A stretch of DNA of 64,000 nt from an uncultured delta proteobacterium (GCA_963806225.1 CAWDXG010000001.1:96001-160000); one strand, 5' to 3'; shown: positions 1 through 9,777, counted from the stretch's first letter. Notes: generated by a model not told the origin, from the letters alone. Program-made: numbers and translations.

Positions 1-22
1 ATATTCGAGAGGTTACGGACAC

Positions 23-598
23 TTGGAAGCGCCTGATCTCACATCCGACGGACGGCTGCTGGGTGGCATGCTGGTCGCGTTCGCCGGCATCGCCGTGCTC
101 GCTGCCATCGATCTGGCCTTCGACCTGGGCGCGGGAACGACCGTCCGTCACGTGTTGACCGAGGGGGGGCTGTTCGTGGCGGGCCTGATGGGTGCGGTCG
201 TGGTGGCCCGGCGGTTCCGTGACGTCATCCGCGACGCGCGGCAGGTCCGCGAACACGCCCGCGAGCTCGCCGAACGCCTGGAAGCGACGCGGCTCGAGGC
301 CGAGCGCTGGAGGACCGAAGCCCGCGAGGCGCTTGAGGGTCTAGGCGCCGCCCTCGATCGTCAGTTCGAACGCTGGAAGCTGTCGGCCGCGGAGAAGGAG
401 GTCGCGCTGCTTCTCCTCAAGGGCCTCAGCCACAAGGAGATCGCGGAAGTGCGTTCGATCACCGCGGCGACCGCGCGCCAGCAGGCGCGCGCCGTGTACC
501 GGAAGGGCGGCCTCTCCGGGAGGCACGACCTCTCCGCATTTTTCCTCGAAGACCTGCTGCTGCCGAGAGCGCGCGACGAGGCGGACGCGTCGGACTAG
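23..598 (+). CDS. Membrane-anchored LuxR-type HTH transcriptional regulator
   Basis: Two N-terminal hydrophobic helices, a coiled coil and a C-terminal LuxR/GerE HTH (LSAAEKEVALLLLKGLSHKEIAEVRSIT...ARAVYRKGG). Start uncertain (TTG 23 or ATG 68). Confidence 0.85.
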   Translation: MEAPDLTSDGRLLGGMLVAFAGIAVLAAIDLAFDLGAGTTVRHVLTEGGLFVAGLMGAVVVARRFRDVIRDARQVREHARELAERLEATRLEAERWRTEAREALEGLGAALDRQFERWKLSAAEKEVALLLLKGLSHKEIAEVRSITAATARQQARAVYRKGGLSGRHDLSAFFLEDLLLPRARDEADASD

Positions 599-685
599 CG
601 CGGGGCCGGCGCGAGCGGGAGCCGCCCCAGATCGACGAGCTCGAGTGTTTTCGAGCGGAAGTTCGTGAGCAGGAGCGTGCGCATC
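595..685 (-). pseudogene. Orphan 3' gene fragment (…RTLLLTNFRSKTLELVDLGRLPLAPAPR*)
   Basis: Short protein-like C-terminus ending in TAG at 595; upstream it runs directly into a transposase-derived 46-bp repeat. Confidence 0.35.
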
Positions 686-692
686 CGCCGAA

Positions 693-738
693 TCGCGGAG
701 CGCCCCGCTGATGACCGGGCCTGGGCTCGGTCGTGTGG
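693..738. repeat. 46-bp direct repeat copy 1 (transposase 5' fragment)
   Basis: tcgcggagcgccccgctgatgaccgggcctgggctcggtcgtgtgg matches 3222-3267 with 2 mismatches. Confidence 0.85.
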
Positions 739-751
739 TGGCAGAACGTCT

Positions 752-1903
752 CTAGCGTCGCTTCGCGCGACGGCGCCTGGAGCCGGCGAGCCCCAACGCG
801 AGACCGAGGAGCACGAGCGGCGCGCCGGACGGCTCGTCATCGACCGGACCCACGCTGCATCCGCCGCTCTGATTCGCGATCACCCGGGTCCGGGAGCGGT
901 TGATGCCCGCATCCGGATCGCTTCCAATGCCGATCGAGCCGCCCGCACCAGCAGTCGAGCCGCTCGCTCCGGCGCTGCCGCTCGCGCCACTCGCGCCGCC
1001 GATGCCACTCCCGCCACTCGCGCCGCCGATGCCACTCCCGCCACTCGCGCCGCCGGTGCTACTCCCGCCACTCGCGCCGCCGGTGCTGCTCGCACCTCCG
1101 GTGCCGCCCGTGCCGCCGGTGCCGCCCGTGCCGCCGGCGACGGGGACGCACGTTTTCGCGCCCCAGTTGTTGGACGAGGTGCACTTCTGCGTCGCGCTTC
1201 CGGACGCGCAAGCCGAATCCGCGACCGTCTGCACGTTGCCCGCCCAGCAGCGCGGGTTGTTCTTGGCGTGCACGTAGCACTTGGCCGCTGCCCTCAGGTA
1301 GTCGTTATGGGCGTGCTGCGGCCCGTTCTGGTCTTTGACCCGATACGTATTGCCGCTCGGCTTTCCCACCACCACCCCGACGTGGCCATACGTGGCGTCC
1401 GCTCTGACGATGCAGCTCCCGGAGCTGCTCTTCTGCAGACATGCGCCTGCGCCATAGACGACGACGTCACCTGGTACGGGCTTCGAGACGAGCTTCGTTC
1501 CGGTCGGGTGATTCCCGCACATGTCCTTGGCGCCGCTCACGCCCGACCACATGTGCCCCCACTTCTTCCACATGTAACGTCGGGCCCACTCCACGCATTG
1601 CCAGCGGAGCCCCGTATACCTGCAACCGCTCGTTCCGGCCGAGCAGCACACGTCGGCCTTGGTGTCGGTGGTATAGAACTTCCCGTTGTCGGAGCACGTT
1701 CTCCGGAAGATGGAGTACCCGTCGTAGGTCGTGAGAACGCAGCTGCCAGCCGATGCCGCCGAGCACGTCAGCGGTTGTTGCACCGTGCCTAGCGCGCCTT
1801 CGGGCAGGTCCTGCGGTTGCCCGGCCTGGTCGCCACACGCCACCGTGACGGCCATGCCGAGGACGAGCGCGAGGGATCTCGGCAATCTCATGATCATGCG
1901 CAT
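752..1903 (-). CDS. CHAP-domain lipoprotein with Gly/Ser-rich stalk and MYXO-CTERM tail
   Basis: Lipobox-like VTVAC; CHAP motifs WQCVEWARRY, PVPGDVVVY, YGHVGVVV, VKDQN; C-terminal GGCSVG…LVLLGLALGLAGSRRRRAKRR. Confidence 0.85.
   Translation of the reverse strand: MRMIMRLPRSLALVLGMAVTVACGDQAGQPQDLPEGALGTVQQPLTCSAASAGSCVLTTYDGYSIFRRTCSDNGKFYTTDTKADVCCSAGTSGCRYTGLRWQCVEWARRYMWKKWGHMWSGVSGAKDMCGNHPTGTKLVSKPVPGDVVVYGAGACLQKSSSGSCIVRADATYGHVGVVVGKPSGNTYRVKDQNGPQHAHNDYLRAAAKCYVHAKNNPRCWAGNVQTVADSACASGSATQKCTSSNNWGAKTCVPVAGGTGGTGGTGGTGGASSTGGASGGSSTGGASGGSGIGGASGGSGIGGASGASGSAGASGSTAGAGGSIGIGSDPDAGINRSRTRVIANQSGGCSVGPVDDEPSGAPLVLLGLALGLAGSRRRRAKRR
986..1093. repeat. Four 27-bp tandem units encoding the Gly/Ser-rich linker
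   Basis: Units beginning gccactcgcgccgccg at 986, 1013, 1040 and 1067. Confidence 0.8.
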
Positions 1904-2058
1904 CTTTCGTTCAGGTCATCGGCCCCTACCCAGAGGACCCGGAATCTGCAGGAGAATAGCACGGCTGCCGATTTCGCGGATGCCTAGCTGGAAGCCCCCT
2001 GGTTTCTACGCCCGGATCGTTCCGGGGCTACGCCGAGAGCGACGCCCCTGGTCTTGCC

Positions 2059-2960
2059 TCACCTGGTTCCAAAGCTGAACCCAGCCTTGGCGCTGGCGCC
2101 GGCGCCCTTGTTGACCTTCACGTTCAGCTTCGGCGGCGCGACGTGCACACTCGGCGCTTTCAACTTCGCCTGGACGTTGGCGTTCGCCTTGGCAGCGGCG
2201 GCGGCGGCGGCTTTGGCCCGGAGTCTTGCGTTCACGTCGAGTTTGGCGTCCGCTCGCGCGTAGGCGCCAACGAACGCCTTGCCGCCCGCTTTGATCGCAA
2301 CCACCACGGGTTCTGCGTCGAGGTCGAGCGCCGCGCCGACTTTCCCCTGGTACGACAGGCTCGGTGCGTCCCAGGCGAGCTTCACGAAAGCGCCGTCTCC
2401 GACGCGGAGCTCGAGGTCCAGATCACCCTTGGCGTGCGCGTCACCCGAGGCGTCGAACGCGTACGCGCTGACCAGGTTGCCCTTGGCGACCAGTTTTGCC
2501 GAGTAGTCGCCGACCAGGACCATCCGCCCGTTGTGTCTAGCTTTCACGCGCAGGGCGAGGCGTGGAAGCTTGGCGGCGACCTCGCCGTCCACCTTGATCT
2601 CCGCCGGCCCCGCAGCGAGGCGAGCCCCGGCTTCCATATGCCCGACAAAGCGTGCGTGGGCCGCGTCCCAAGCTAGCGAGACGGCGTGCAGTTTGCCATC
2701 CGCACCGCTGAGCTCGACCTCGAATTTCGCTTTTGCCTTGCCGTCGACGAGCGCGCCCGCCGCATCGTGAATCACCGCTTCGACGCGACCTCCCGCGTCG
2801 GCGAAAAGCTCGACGCCGTACTTCCCCGCCGCGAACAGCGCGCCGCCCTTGACGGGCCCGACCAGAAGCACGGGCGTCTCGAGCTTGCCCTTGGCCGATG
2901 CGCCGCCCAGCTTGAGCTCGACATCGACCGGCGCTGGCGCAAGCTCGGCGCTTTCCTGCG
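2059..2960 (-). pseudogene. 5'-truncated hypothetical protein with internal repeats, fused to transposase remnant
   Basis: Repeated units (GKYGVELFAD/GDYSAKLVAK; LAWDAAHARFVG/LAWDAPSLSYQG) and an Ala/Lys-rich tail; the N-terminus of ORF 2059-3120 is transposase-derived. Confidence 0.55.
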
Positions 2961-3014
2961 TACGACCTGAGAACCGTGCCCGCGCTGCTGTGCGTGCCGA
3001 GCCCGAACGAGGCG

Positions 3015-3400
3015 AGCGCTGCAGGTGCTCTTCGCCGAGCACGATGACGTGGTCCAGGCATTCCCGACGCACGCTCCCCGGACACCGCTCGCAGAACGAG
3101 TTCATGGGAGGGGCCTTCACCGCGGTGCGTAGGACCCGGATACCGGCGGCCTCCGCTACTCGTTCGAAGTCGGGCCCGAACTTGTTTCTCCGCGACGAGC
3201 TCTCTGCGCGAACGAGTCACGTCGCGGAGCGCCACGCTGATGACCGGGCCTGGGCTCGGCCGTGTGGCAGTCCGCACTGCCGCCGCCACGCGTCCGGCTA
3301 CCGCGGGCGCGGCGCCGCGGAAGCGATGGACCAAGGTGTCCAGCACGAGCGCGATGCGCACGATCGCCCAGCGCTGTTCGAGTCTTGTGCGCGGCGGATT
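3015..3400 (-). mobile_element. Internally deleted integrase-core (rve-like) transposase remnant
   Basis: The minus strand encodes RDVTRSRRELVAE (N-terminal part), joined in another frame to NKFGPDFERVAEAAGIRVLRTAVKAPPMNSFCERCPGSVRRECLDHVIVLGEEHLQR (integrase-core C-terminal motif). Confidence 0.8.
3222..3267. repeat. 46-bp direct repeat copy 2 (within transposase remnant)
   Basis: Matches 693-738 with 2 mismatches. Confidence 0.85.
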
Positions 3401-3572
3401 CCCGAGTGATCCCCGGGCGGACGCTTCACCGAAGCCAGTACAGGGCGGACTAGAACTGCCCGGCCGCCGATGGGCTCTCGCGATGCTGTCAGCGCCGACC
3501 TGGACCCTTCCGCCGATCGAATCGTGTAGCCTCGTGCCGATGCTGCCCAAAGCGCGAGGCTCGCTGAGACAG

Positions 3573-4838
3573 ATGGCCAACGACCCGCGCCAGGTCGCTG
3601 CCACCCTCGCGCTCTTCGTCATCGCTCTCGCACCGCGAGCATGGTTCGTTCTCGAGGACCACCCCCCCGACCACTACCTCGCGGTCGACATGGCGCAGTA
3701 CCTCGACCGCGCACACCGGCTTCTGACGACCCCGCTCGGTCCCCAGGATGCCTTTTTGCCCGTGGGCTACCCGGCGTTCATCGCCGGCATCCTCGGGAGC
3801 ACAGGCGGCAGCCTCGCCGCAGTGGCGTGGGCCAATATCCTGCTGTCCGCTGCCACCGTGGCCGTTGCTTTCCGCATCGCGCTCAGATTGCTCCCGGTCG
3901 ACCTCGCCCTTGTTGCAGCACTCGCCGTGGCATTCTGCCCGCCCCTCGTCTTCTACGCTGGCTTCGTCCTGCCCGAGACACTCTTCACGTTTCTGGTAAC
4001 CGCCTTCCTTGCGGCTCTCCTCGAGGCCGCCGAGTCACCTGGCTACCGCTGGGGGTTGGTCGCAGGAGCGCTGCTGGGTGCAGCCACGGCAGTGCACCCC
4101 AATGCTTTCCTGCTGCTGCCGCTCGTCGCCGCAATCGCACGAATCCGCTCCATTCCCAGGCCTTTCCTGCGATCGGTCGCGATCGGCGCTGGCCCCCTGC
4201 TGCTCGGCTTTGCCTTGTTCAACAGCTATGCGTCGGGGCGTCCCGCGCTCACGTCCACGAACGGGGGCATCAATTTCTTCATGGCGCGAAGCGATCACGT
4301 GGCCGTCCGGTGCCGCGCGGATCCACTGCTCGAGGGGATCTCGCCCCGGCCCAACGCATCGCGGGGAGGCTCCATCCTCACGGTGCCGGTCCACACCTAC
4401 GATGAGTCCTACTTCTACCGTCGCGGTCTCGAATTCCTCTGGCACGAGCCCGGCGTGAACCTGAAGAACGCGGCCGAAAACGTCGAGAACGGCATCGGGC
4501 TGGGCCGCCTCGGGTACTGGCCGGGTTCGACGCAGCACGCGCGCGTTCTTTGGGACTCCCGCGTGGGCGCGTTCTGGCTCGCAGTGCTGCCCGTTGCGGT
4601 CTCCATCCTGGGCTCCCTTTTCTGGCGGCGCGACCGCCAGAGCCACGCCCTCTCGCTGCTCCGCGCTTCGCTGGTCGTTCCCCTCGTCACCTTGGTCCTG
4701 TTCCTGGGCGCCCCACGGACGCGCGTGCCGTTCGACCCCGTCATCCTCGTACTGGCCGTCTTCGCCTGGCTCCAGTTCGCCATGGGTTGCCGCGTTGTCC
4801 TGCGTCGCATCTTCACCCAGCACGTGTCCACGCACTGA
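3573..4838 (+). CDS. GT-C superfamily (ArnT/PMT-like) membrane glycosyltransferase
   Basis: Multi-TM protein with D-x-x-x-Y (DMAQY), PVGYPAF, LPETLFTFL, STNGGINFF and PRTRVPFDP motifs; start taken at MANDP. Confidence 0.75.
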   Translation: MANDPRQVAATLALFVIALAPRAWFVLEDHPPDHYLAVDMAQYLDRAHRLLTTPLGPQDAFLPVGYPAFIAGILGSTGGSLAAVAWANILLSAATVAVAFRIALRLLPVDLALVAALAVAFCPPLVFYAGFVLPETLFTFLVTAFLAALLEAAESPGYRWGLVAGALLGAATAVHPNAFLLLPLVAAIARIRSIPRPFLRSVAIGAGPLLLGFALFNSYASGRPALTSTNGGINFFMARSDHVAVRCRADPLLEGISPRPNASRGGSILTVPVHTYDESYFYRRGLEFLWHEPGVNLKNAAENVENGIGLGRLGYWPGSTQHARVLWDSRVGAFWLAVLPVAVSILGSLFWRRDRQSHALSLLRASLVVPLVTLVLFLGAPRTRVPFDPVILVLAVFAWLQFAMGCRVVLRRIFTQHVSTH

Positions 4839-4922
4839 TGGCAACATCGAGCGGTTGTTCCATCGCACGTCAGGCTCGACGAGCCACGCACCACTTGTGC
4901 GAACTCTGATACGCTGTTCCAC

Positions 4923-6770
4923 GTGAGATCGGGTCACGCCGGCCTGTGGCTTGGATTGGGCCTGGGAGCGCTCGCGTTGTGGTGGCTCGCGTGGCCGGGA
5001 TACGGCGGCGCGGTTCCGCTCCATGCGTATGCGTACGCCGATCTCGTCAAGTTCGCGCCCCACGAGTCGGCATTCTTCCTCTCGCTCCTGGTTCTGCAAC
5101 CGCTCTTGTTCATTGCGCTCACCCTGCGCTTCGGCGGCAGAATCGGCGTCTTCCTGTCTGCCCGCCGCGCCGAGCTCCTGGAGCGGCCCGTGCGGACCCT
5201 GTTCGCTCTTGCACTGGTTGCGGCGCTGGTTGCTCTCGCATTGGCGCTTGCAGCCGGTCACCTCCACCTCATGAGCGAGGACGAGAAGACGTACCTGTTC
5301 CAGGCACGGCTACTTCTGCACGGCCGGCTGTGGGTGCCGGTCCCTCCCGACCCCTATGCGTTCTACCAGCCGTTCGTCGTCAGGGCGGGCAACCATTGGA
5401 GCGGTCAATACCCCTGGGCCCAGCCCGCGCTGCTGGCGCTCGGCGAGCTTGTCCACTTCCCGCACGCCATACCGCCCCTCGAGGTCGCCGTGACGGTGTT
5501 CTTCAGCGGCCTGTGCGCGCGGGAGTTCACGGGTGACGACCGCATCGGCGTCGCCACGAGCGTCCTGGTCGCGTCGAGCCCGCTGGTCTTGATGACCGGG
5601 GCCACACTGCACAACGCCAACCTGAGCGGAGCCTGCGCAGCGATGATGCTGTGGGGAACCGCTCGACTGGCAAACGGCCCGAGCTGGCGAGCCAGCGCTG
5701 CCCTCGGCCTGGCGCTCGGAGTCGCCTCCCACAATCGGCCGCTGGACGCTCTCGTTCTGGCGCTCGGCCTCGCCGGGCTCTTGCTGTGGGCCCGGCGACA
5801 CGAACTCCCCCAGACGATCGTGCGATTCGCGCCGCCGCTCCTGTTCGCGCTGCCGCTGTTGGCGCTGCATCCGTGGCTGAACTACCTGGTGTCCGGCAAC
5901 ATCTGGCACAACGGCTACTGGCTGTTCAACCGAGGGCACGGCTGGATCACCATGGGTTTCGGGCAGGGGCCGTTCAACGACCTGCACACGCCCAGCGTCG
6001 CCGCGGCAAAGATGTTTCCGATCGCGCTCAGGCTCGGGTTCTTCTCGACCGGAAGCCCCGTCATCCTGCTGGCACTGCTCCCCTGGCTCGGCGTGGCCCG
6101 CGTCCCCAGACGCCAGGTCGTCGTCCCGGTCACCCTCACGCTCGCCTACCTCGCGGCCTACTTCTTCTACGCCAGTACGTGCATCGATACCACGGGGCCC
6201 ATCTACTACGTGGCGCTGCTACCGGTGATCGCGTGCGCGCTTGCCTGCGGTCTGGTCGCACTCCGCGATGCGGCATCCAGTGAGCTGTCCCGCTTTGTTC
6301 CGGGCGCGCTGGTCTGCGTGCTGGGCGTCGCTCTGGTCACGTTCTGGCCATCCGAGCTGCTCGATCTCTCGCGCGCAGCCGACCAGGCAGGTATGTGCCA
6401 GACCGTCGTCGCGAAGGAGAAGATCCATCGCGCGCTCGTTTTCGTGCGTGCACCAACGCGACAAATCCCCACCTGGGCCCAGTGGCCCCCGTTTCCCCAT
6501 CCAGACCTGCAGGACCCAGTGTTGTTCGCGCGCGCAGCATCCCCCGACAAGGACGCGCAGGTAGTCCGCGACTACGCCCGGGGACGTCCAGTCTACATGG
6601 CGTCGTGTATCGGGGTGGCACGCTCGGGATTGATCTCCTACGACCCGCAAACCGCCACTATCGGCACGCGCAAGATAACCCCCGAGGACAGGAAGGTTCT
6701 CTACCCCGATCCCAACGCCGTACTGAAGCAACCGCCCGACGCCTGGGAGTTCAACCTGGGCCAGTTCTGA
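4923..6770 (+). CDS. GT-C superfamily membrane glycosyltransferase
   Basis: EDEKTYLFQARLL (DExxYxFQA) motif, WSGQYPW, NRPLD, many TM helices and a periplasmic C-terminus. Confidence 0.75.
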   Translation: MRSGHAGLWLGLGLGALALWWLAWPGYGGAVPLHAYAYADLVKFAPHESAFFLSLLVLQPLLFIALTLRFGGRIGVFLSARRAELLERPVRTLFALALVAALVALALALAAGHLHLMSEDEKTYLFQARLLLHGRLWVPVPPDPYAFYQPFVVRAGNHWSGQYPWAQPALLALGELVHFPHAIPPLEVAVTVFFSGLCAREFTGDDRIGVATSVLVASSPLVLMTGATLHNANLSGACAAMMLWGTARLANGPSWRASAALGLALGVASHNRPLDALVLALGLAGLLLWARRHELPQTIVRFAPPLLFALPLLALHPWLNYLVSGNIWHNGYWLFNRGHGWITMGFGQGPFNDLHTPSVAAAKMFPIALRLGFFSTGSPVILLALLPWLGVARVPRRQVVVPVTLTLAYLAAYFFYASTCIDTTGPIYYVALLPVIACALACGLVALRDAASSELSRFVPGALVCVLGVALVTFWPSELLDLSRAADQAGMCQTVVAKEKIHRALVFVRAPTRQIPTWAQWPPFPHPDLQDPVLFARAASPDKDAQVVRDYARGRPVYMASCIGVARSGLISYDPQTATIGTRKITPEDRKVLYPDPNAVLKQPPDAWEFNLGQF

Positions 6771-6782
6771 AGGACTCATCCA

Positions 6783-8117
6783 ATGATACGAGACAAAGCC
6801 GAGATCGGGATTCTGGGCGGTGGCATCTCCGGCCTATCGCTGGCCAGCTTTCTTTCCCGCCCGAGCGAGGTGCTGGAGGCCGACTCGACCTGTGGCGGGC
6901 TGTGCCGCAGCTACCAGAGCGACGGGTTTTCCACCGATGTGGGCGGCCACATCATGTTCTCGAAGAACAAGTCGGTACTCGAGCTGATGGTCCGGAAGCT
7001 CGGCGACAACGTCGCGCTGCGCCGCCGCAACAATCGCATCGCCTACAAGAACCACCGCGTGAAGTATCCGTTCGAGAACGGGCTCGGCGTCCTCGACAAG
7101 GAGGACGTCTACGACTGCCTGATCGGGTTCTTGAACAACGACGCCGCGCCACCGCCCCACCCGCACTTCGCCGCGTGGATGTACTACACGTTCGGACGGG
7201 GCATCACCGACCGCTACCTGATGCCGTACAACCGCAAGATCTGGAAGCTGGACCCAGCGCTGATGGGCATCGACTGGGTCGAACGCGTCCCGCGCCCGCC
7301 CATGGAAGATGTCGTGCGTTCAGCGCTGGGCATCGAGACCGAAGGCTACACGCACCAGCTCCACTTCCACTACCCGAAGCGCGGCGGCATCCAGTCACTG
7401 GTCCAGAGCTTTGCCGCCCAGGTGGCGGCGCGCTCGTCGCTGGTCACAGGATATCGCGTCGAGAACATCCGCAAGACCGATTCGGGGTGGGTCGTCAACG
7501 GCGAGCGGGAGTACAAGGAGCTCGCGAGCACCATCCCGCTGGAGTCCTTGCTCGCGGCGCTGCCGGATGTCCCGAGCGAGATCGCCGACAGAGCTCGCGC
7601 GCTTCGCTACAACGCACTGCGCATCGTCATGCTGGGTATCGATCGGCGCGAGGGCCTCGACGAGATGACCGCGCTCTACGTCCCCGATCCGGAGGTCGTG
7701 TTCCATCGCGTCTGCTTCAACTGCACCTTCTCTCCCGAAATGGCGCCGCCGGACTGCGCAGCGCTGAGCTGCGAGATCACGACGCACCCGGGAGACCCGC
7801 TGTTCGCAGCGTCGGACGAGGAGCTGTATCGGCTGTGCGAAGCAGGGCTCCGGCGTCTCGAGGTGCTCAGGCCGTCGGACAACGTCGTCGCTCGCCTTGT
7901 TCGCGCGGAGTCGAAGGCCTACGTGGTGTGCGACCTGGACTACGGGAGGAACACCGGGATCGTCCTCGACTACCTGGCCTCGATCGGCATCCACGCGCTC
8001 GGCCGCCTGGGCCGCCATCAGTATGTGAACATGGACGCCTGCGTGCACGGCGCTCAGGAGCTGGCATCGGAGCTCGACGGCACGGCTCGCCGCAGCCAGA
8101 CCAGCTCGGCCACATAG
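6783..8117 (+). CDS. FAD-dependent oxidoreductase, UDP-galactopyranose mutase/HemY-like
   Basis: ILGGGISGLSLA Rossmann motif, GGLCRS, DVGGHIMFS, PYNRKIW, FHYPKRGG, GRLGRHQYVNMDAC. Confidence 0.8.
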   Translation: MIRDKAEIGILGGGISGLSLASFLSRPSEVLEADSTCGGLCRSYQSDGFSTDVGGHIMFSKNKSVLELMVRKLGDNVALRRRNNRIAYKNHRVKYPFENGLGVLDKEDVYDCLIGFLNNDAAPPPHPHFAAWMYYTFGRGITDRYLMPYNRKIWKLDPALMGIDWVERVPRPPMEDVVRSALGIETEGYTHQLHFHYPKRGGIQSLVQSFAAQVAARSSLVTGYRVENIRKTDSGWVVNGEREYKELASTIPLESLLAALPDVPSEIADRARALRYNALRIVMLGIDRREGLDEMTALYVPDPEVVFHRVCFNCTFSPEMAPPDCAALSCEITTHPGDPLFAASDEELYRLCEAGLRRLEVLRPSDNVVARLVRAESKAYVVCDLDYGRNTGIVLDYLASIGIHALGRLGRHQYVNMDACVHGAQELASELDGTARRSQTSSAT

Positions 8118-9061
8118 ACGCATCCGCCCCCGAGCGCGAGCGTCAGCGTCACCGCCAGCCACAACAGCGACGACGTAACGGCAGCCGAGGCGACGACACC
8201 GACCGGAGCGAGCTGGTAGGTCGTCACCAACTCGCGTTGACCCAGAGCGGCCGGTGTGATCGGCACGAACGTGAGCAGCACGACGCCAATCAACGCTCCG
8301 GCTGTCTCGAGAGGGCGAACGCCCGGCGCGAACGCCATCACCAGCGAAAGCCAGCCGAGGACGGTGACGCCCTGGGTGACCAGCGACAGGGCAAGCGCAC
8401 TGGCGAACGGCCGGAGCCTTCTGGGCGTGACGATCTGCCGGACCAACGAAAGCCAGCGTTGGAGCCGCGGCGTCAGCCGTTCGACACGCGTCGAGACGCG
8501 GGCAAGCCAGACGGCCAGCAGCGCCCCCAGGGCGAGCGCGAGCAGGCCCAGCGCGCAAATCGTCGTCCACACGGCATGCTGGGTGGAGTGCGTGCCTCGG
8601 GCCAGGCCTTCGGCCAACAGACCGAGTGCGAACAACCCGGCCAGGCCGCACAGACGCTCCACGAGCAGCACGTAGTAGGAGCGCACCAGACCGCCGCTTT
8701 CGGCGCGCAAGCGATAGCCGCGCACCGCGTCCCCCGCGACCCCGAGCGGAAGAACGTTGAAGTAGACCCCGACCAGGTTGTGCCGGAGCATCGCCCAGTA
8801 GCCCGGCGCCGGCCCCGAGCCGTACGCGCGCAGCAGGTACCGCCACCTGAGCGTGCCGGCCAGGATTGCGACCCACGCGCACAGCATCGCCACAATCACT
8901 GGCTCCGGCGAAACACGGCTCAGGTCGTGGAGCACATCCGGCCACACCACGCGATGCGACAACCAGACGAAGGGCAGCACGGCCAACACGCCCCGCACCG
9001 CTCCGAGGATGACGCGCCGTGAGCGACGGCCGGCAGTCGGTCGCGCTTCCAGGGAGGTCAC
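8054..9061 (-). CDS. Lysylphosphatidylglycerol synthase TM-domain (YbhN/AglD-like) putative flippase
   Basis: LRWRYLL, YFNVLPLGVAGDAVRGY, VERLCG, VPITPAALGQRE motifs. Confidence 0.8.
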   Translation of the reverse strand: MTSLEARPTAGRRSRRVILGAVRGVLAVLPFVWLSHRVVWPDVLHDLSRVSPEPVIVAMLCAWVAILAGTLRWRYLLRAYGSGPAPGYWAMLRHNLVGVYFNVLPLGVAGDAVRGYRLRAESGGLVRSYYVLLVERLCGLAGLFALGLLAEGLARGTHSTQHAVWTTICALGLLALALGALLAVWLARVSTRVERLTPRLQRWLSLVRQIVTPRRLRPFASALALSLVTQGVTVLGWLSLVMAFAPGVRPLETAGALIGVVLLTFVPITPAALGQRELVTTYQLAPVGVVASAAVTSSLLWLAVTLTLALGGGCVYVAELVWLRRAVPSSSDASS

Positions 9062-9777
9062 CGCGATGCTGTTCCGATCTCGCAGCGGGCAAATTGTCCA
9101 GGGACCACGCGCTGGCCCACACTGAGCAGCCTGAGCAACCGCCGGAACGTCCAGACTGTCGAGTCGAAGCGGTTCAGCGTCGTCGCCCCCATCCGCTCAT
9201 CGTAGCGGATCGGCACCTCGGCAATCCGCCACCCCCGACGCGCAGCCAACACCAGGAGCTCGACCGGCAGAGCGGCGCCCTGCGGGTCGAAATCGAGCGT
9301 CGCCAGCTTCGTCCGGCGGTACGCGCGCATCCCCGAGTGCACGTCCGTCACGGCAAGCCCATGCAAGACCCGGGCGGTCCTGGCAAACAGCGCGTTGGCG
9401 AGGTAGTTCGGGTACGGCATGGACCGCGGACGCGACCACAAGCGCGAAGCGTTGACCAGATCCCACCCGGACTCGATCAGCTCGACGAGGTCGGGGATCA
9501 CCTCGGCCGGATAGGTCCCGTCGCAATCGAGCGTCACAACCACGTCGTTCTGCGCGGCGCGCAGTGCGGCGTCCATCGCCGGCCCGTAGCCTCGTGGTGG
9601 CAACTGGCGGATGACGCGCGCCCCTGCTGCCTCTGCCACGTCTGCCGTGCGGTCCGTGGAGCTGTCAACCAACACGACCTCGGCCTCGGGCACGGCGGCG
9701 CGGATGGACTCCAGCACGGCAGCTACCGCCGCCTCCTCGTTGCGACTGATCATCACCACCGAAATCGACGCACTCAT
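9058..9777 (-). CDS. GT2 polyprenyl-phosphate glycosyltransferase (DPM1-like)
   Basis: ISVVMISRNEE, VDSSTDRT, GYGPA, TLDCDGTYP (DxD), TDVHSGMRAYR, EVPIRYDERMG. Confidence 0.9.
   Translation of the reverse strand: MSASISVVMISRNEEAAVAAVLESIRAAVPEAEVVLVDSSTDRTADVAEAAGARVIRQLPPRGYGPAMDAALRAAQNDVVVTLDCDGTYPAEVIPDLVELIESGWDLVNASRLWSRPRSMPYPNYLANALFARTARVLHGLAVTDVHSGMRAYRRTKLATLDFDPQGAALPVELLVLAARRGWRIAEVPIRYDERMGATTLNRFDSTVWTFRRLLRLLSVGQRVVPGQFARCEIGTASR

Noticed and set aside
986..1140. Tandem repeats as a possible CRISPR array (also 40130-40320 and 44268-44420)
   Set aside because: Units are multiples of 3, lie in frame within Gly-rich protein linkers, have no unique spacers, and no cas genes are present.
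2059..3120. 353-aa ORF as an intact gene
   Set aside because: Chimera of a transposase fragment (first ~35 aa) and the 3' part of an unrelated gene.
6395..9022. Long alternative-frame ORFs (e.g. 6395-9022, 25322-27334, 15002-16939, 57269-59101)
   Set aside because: Arg/Ala/Pro-rich shadow ORFs typical of high-GC DNA, overlapping well-supported genes.
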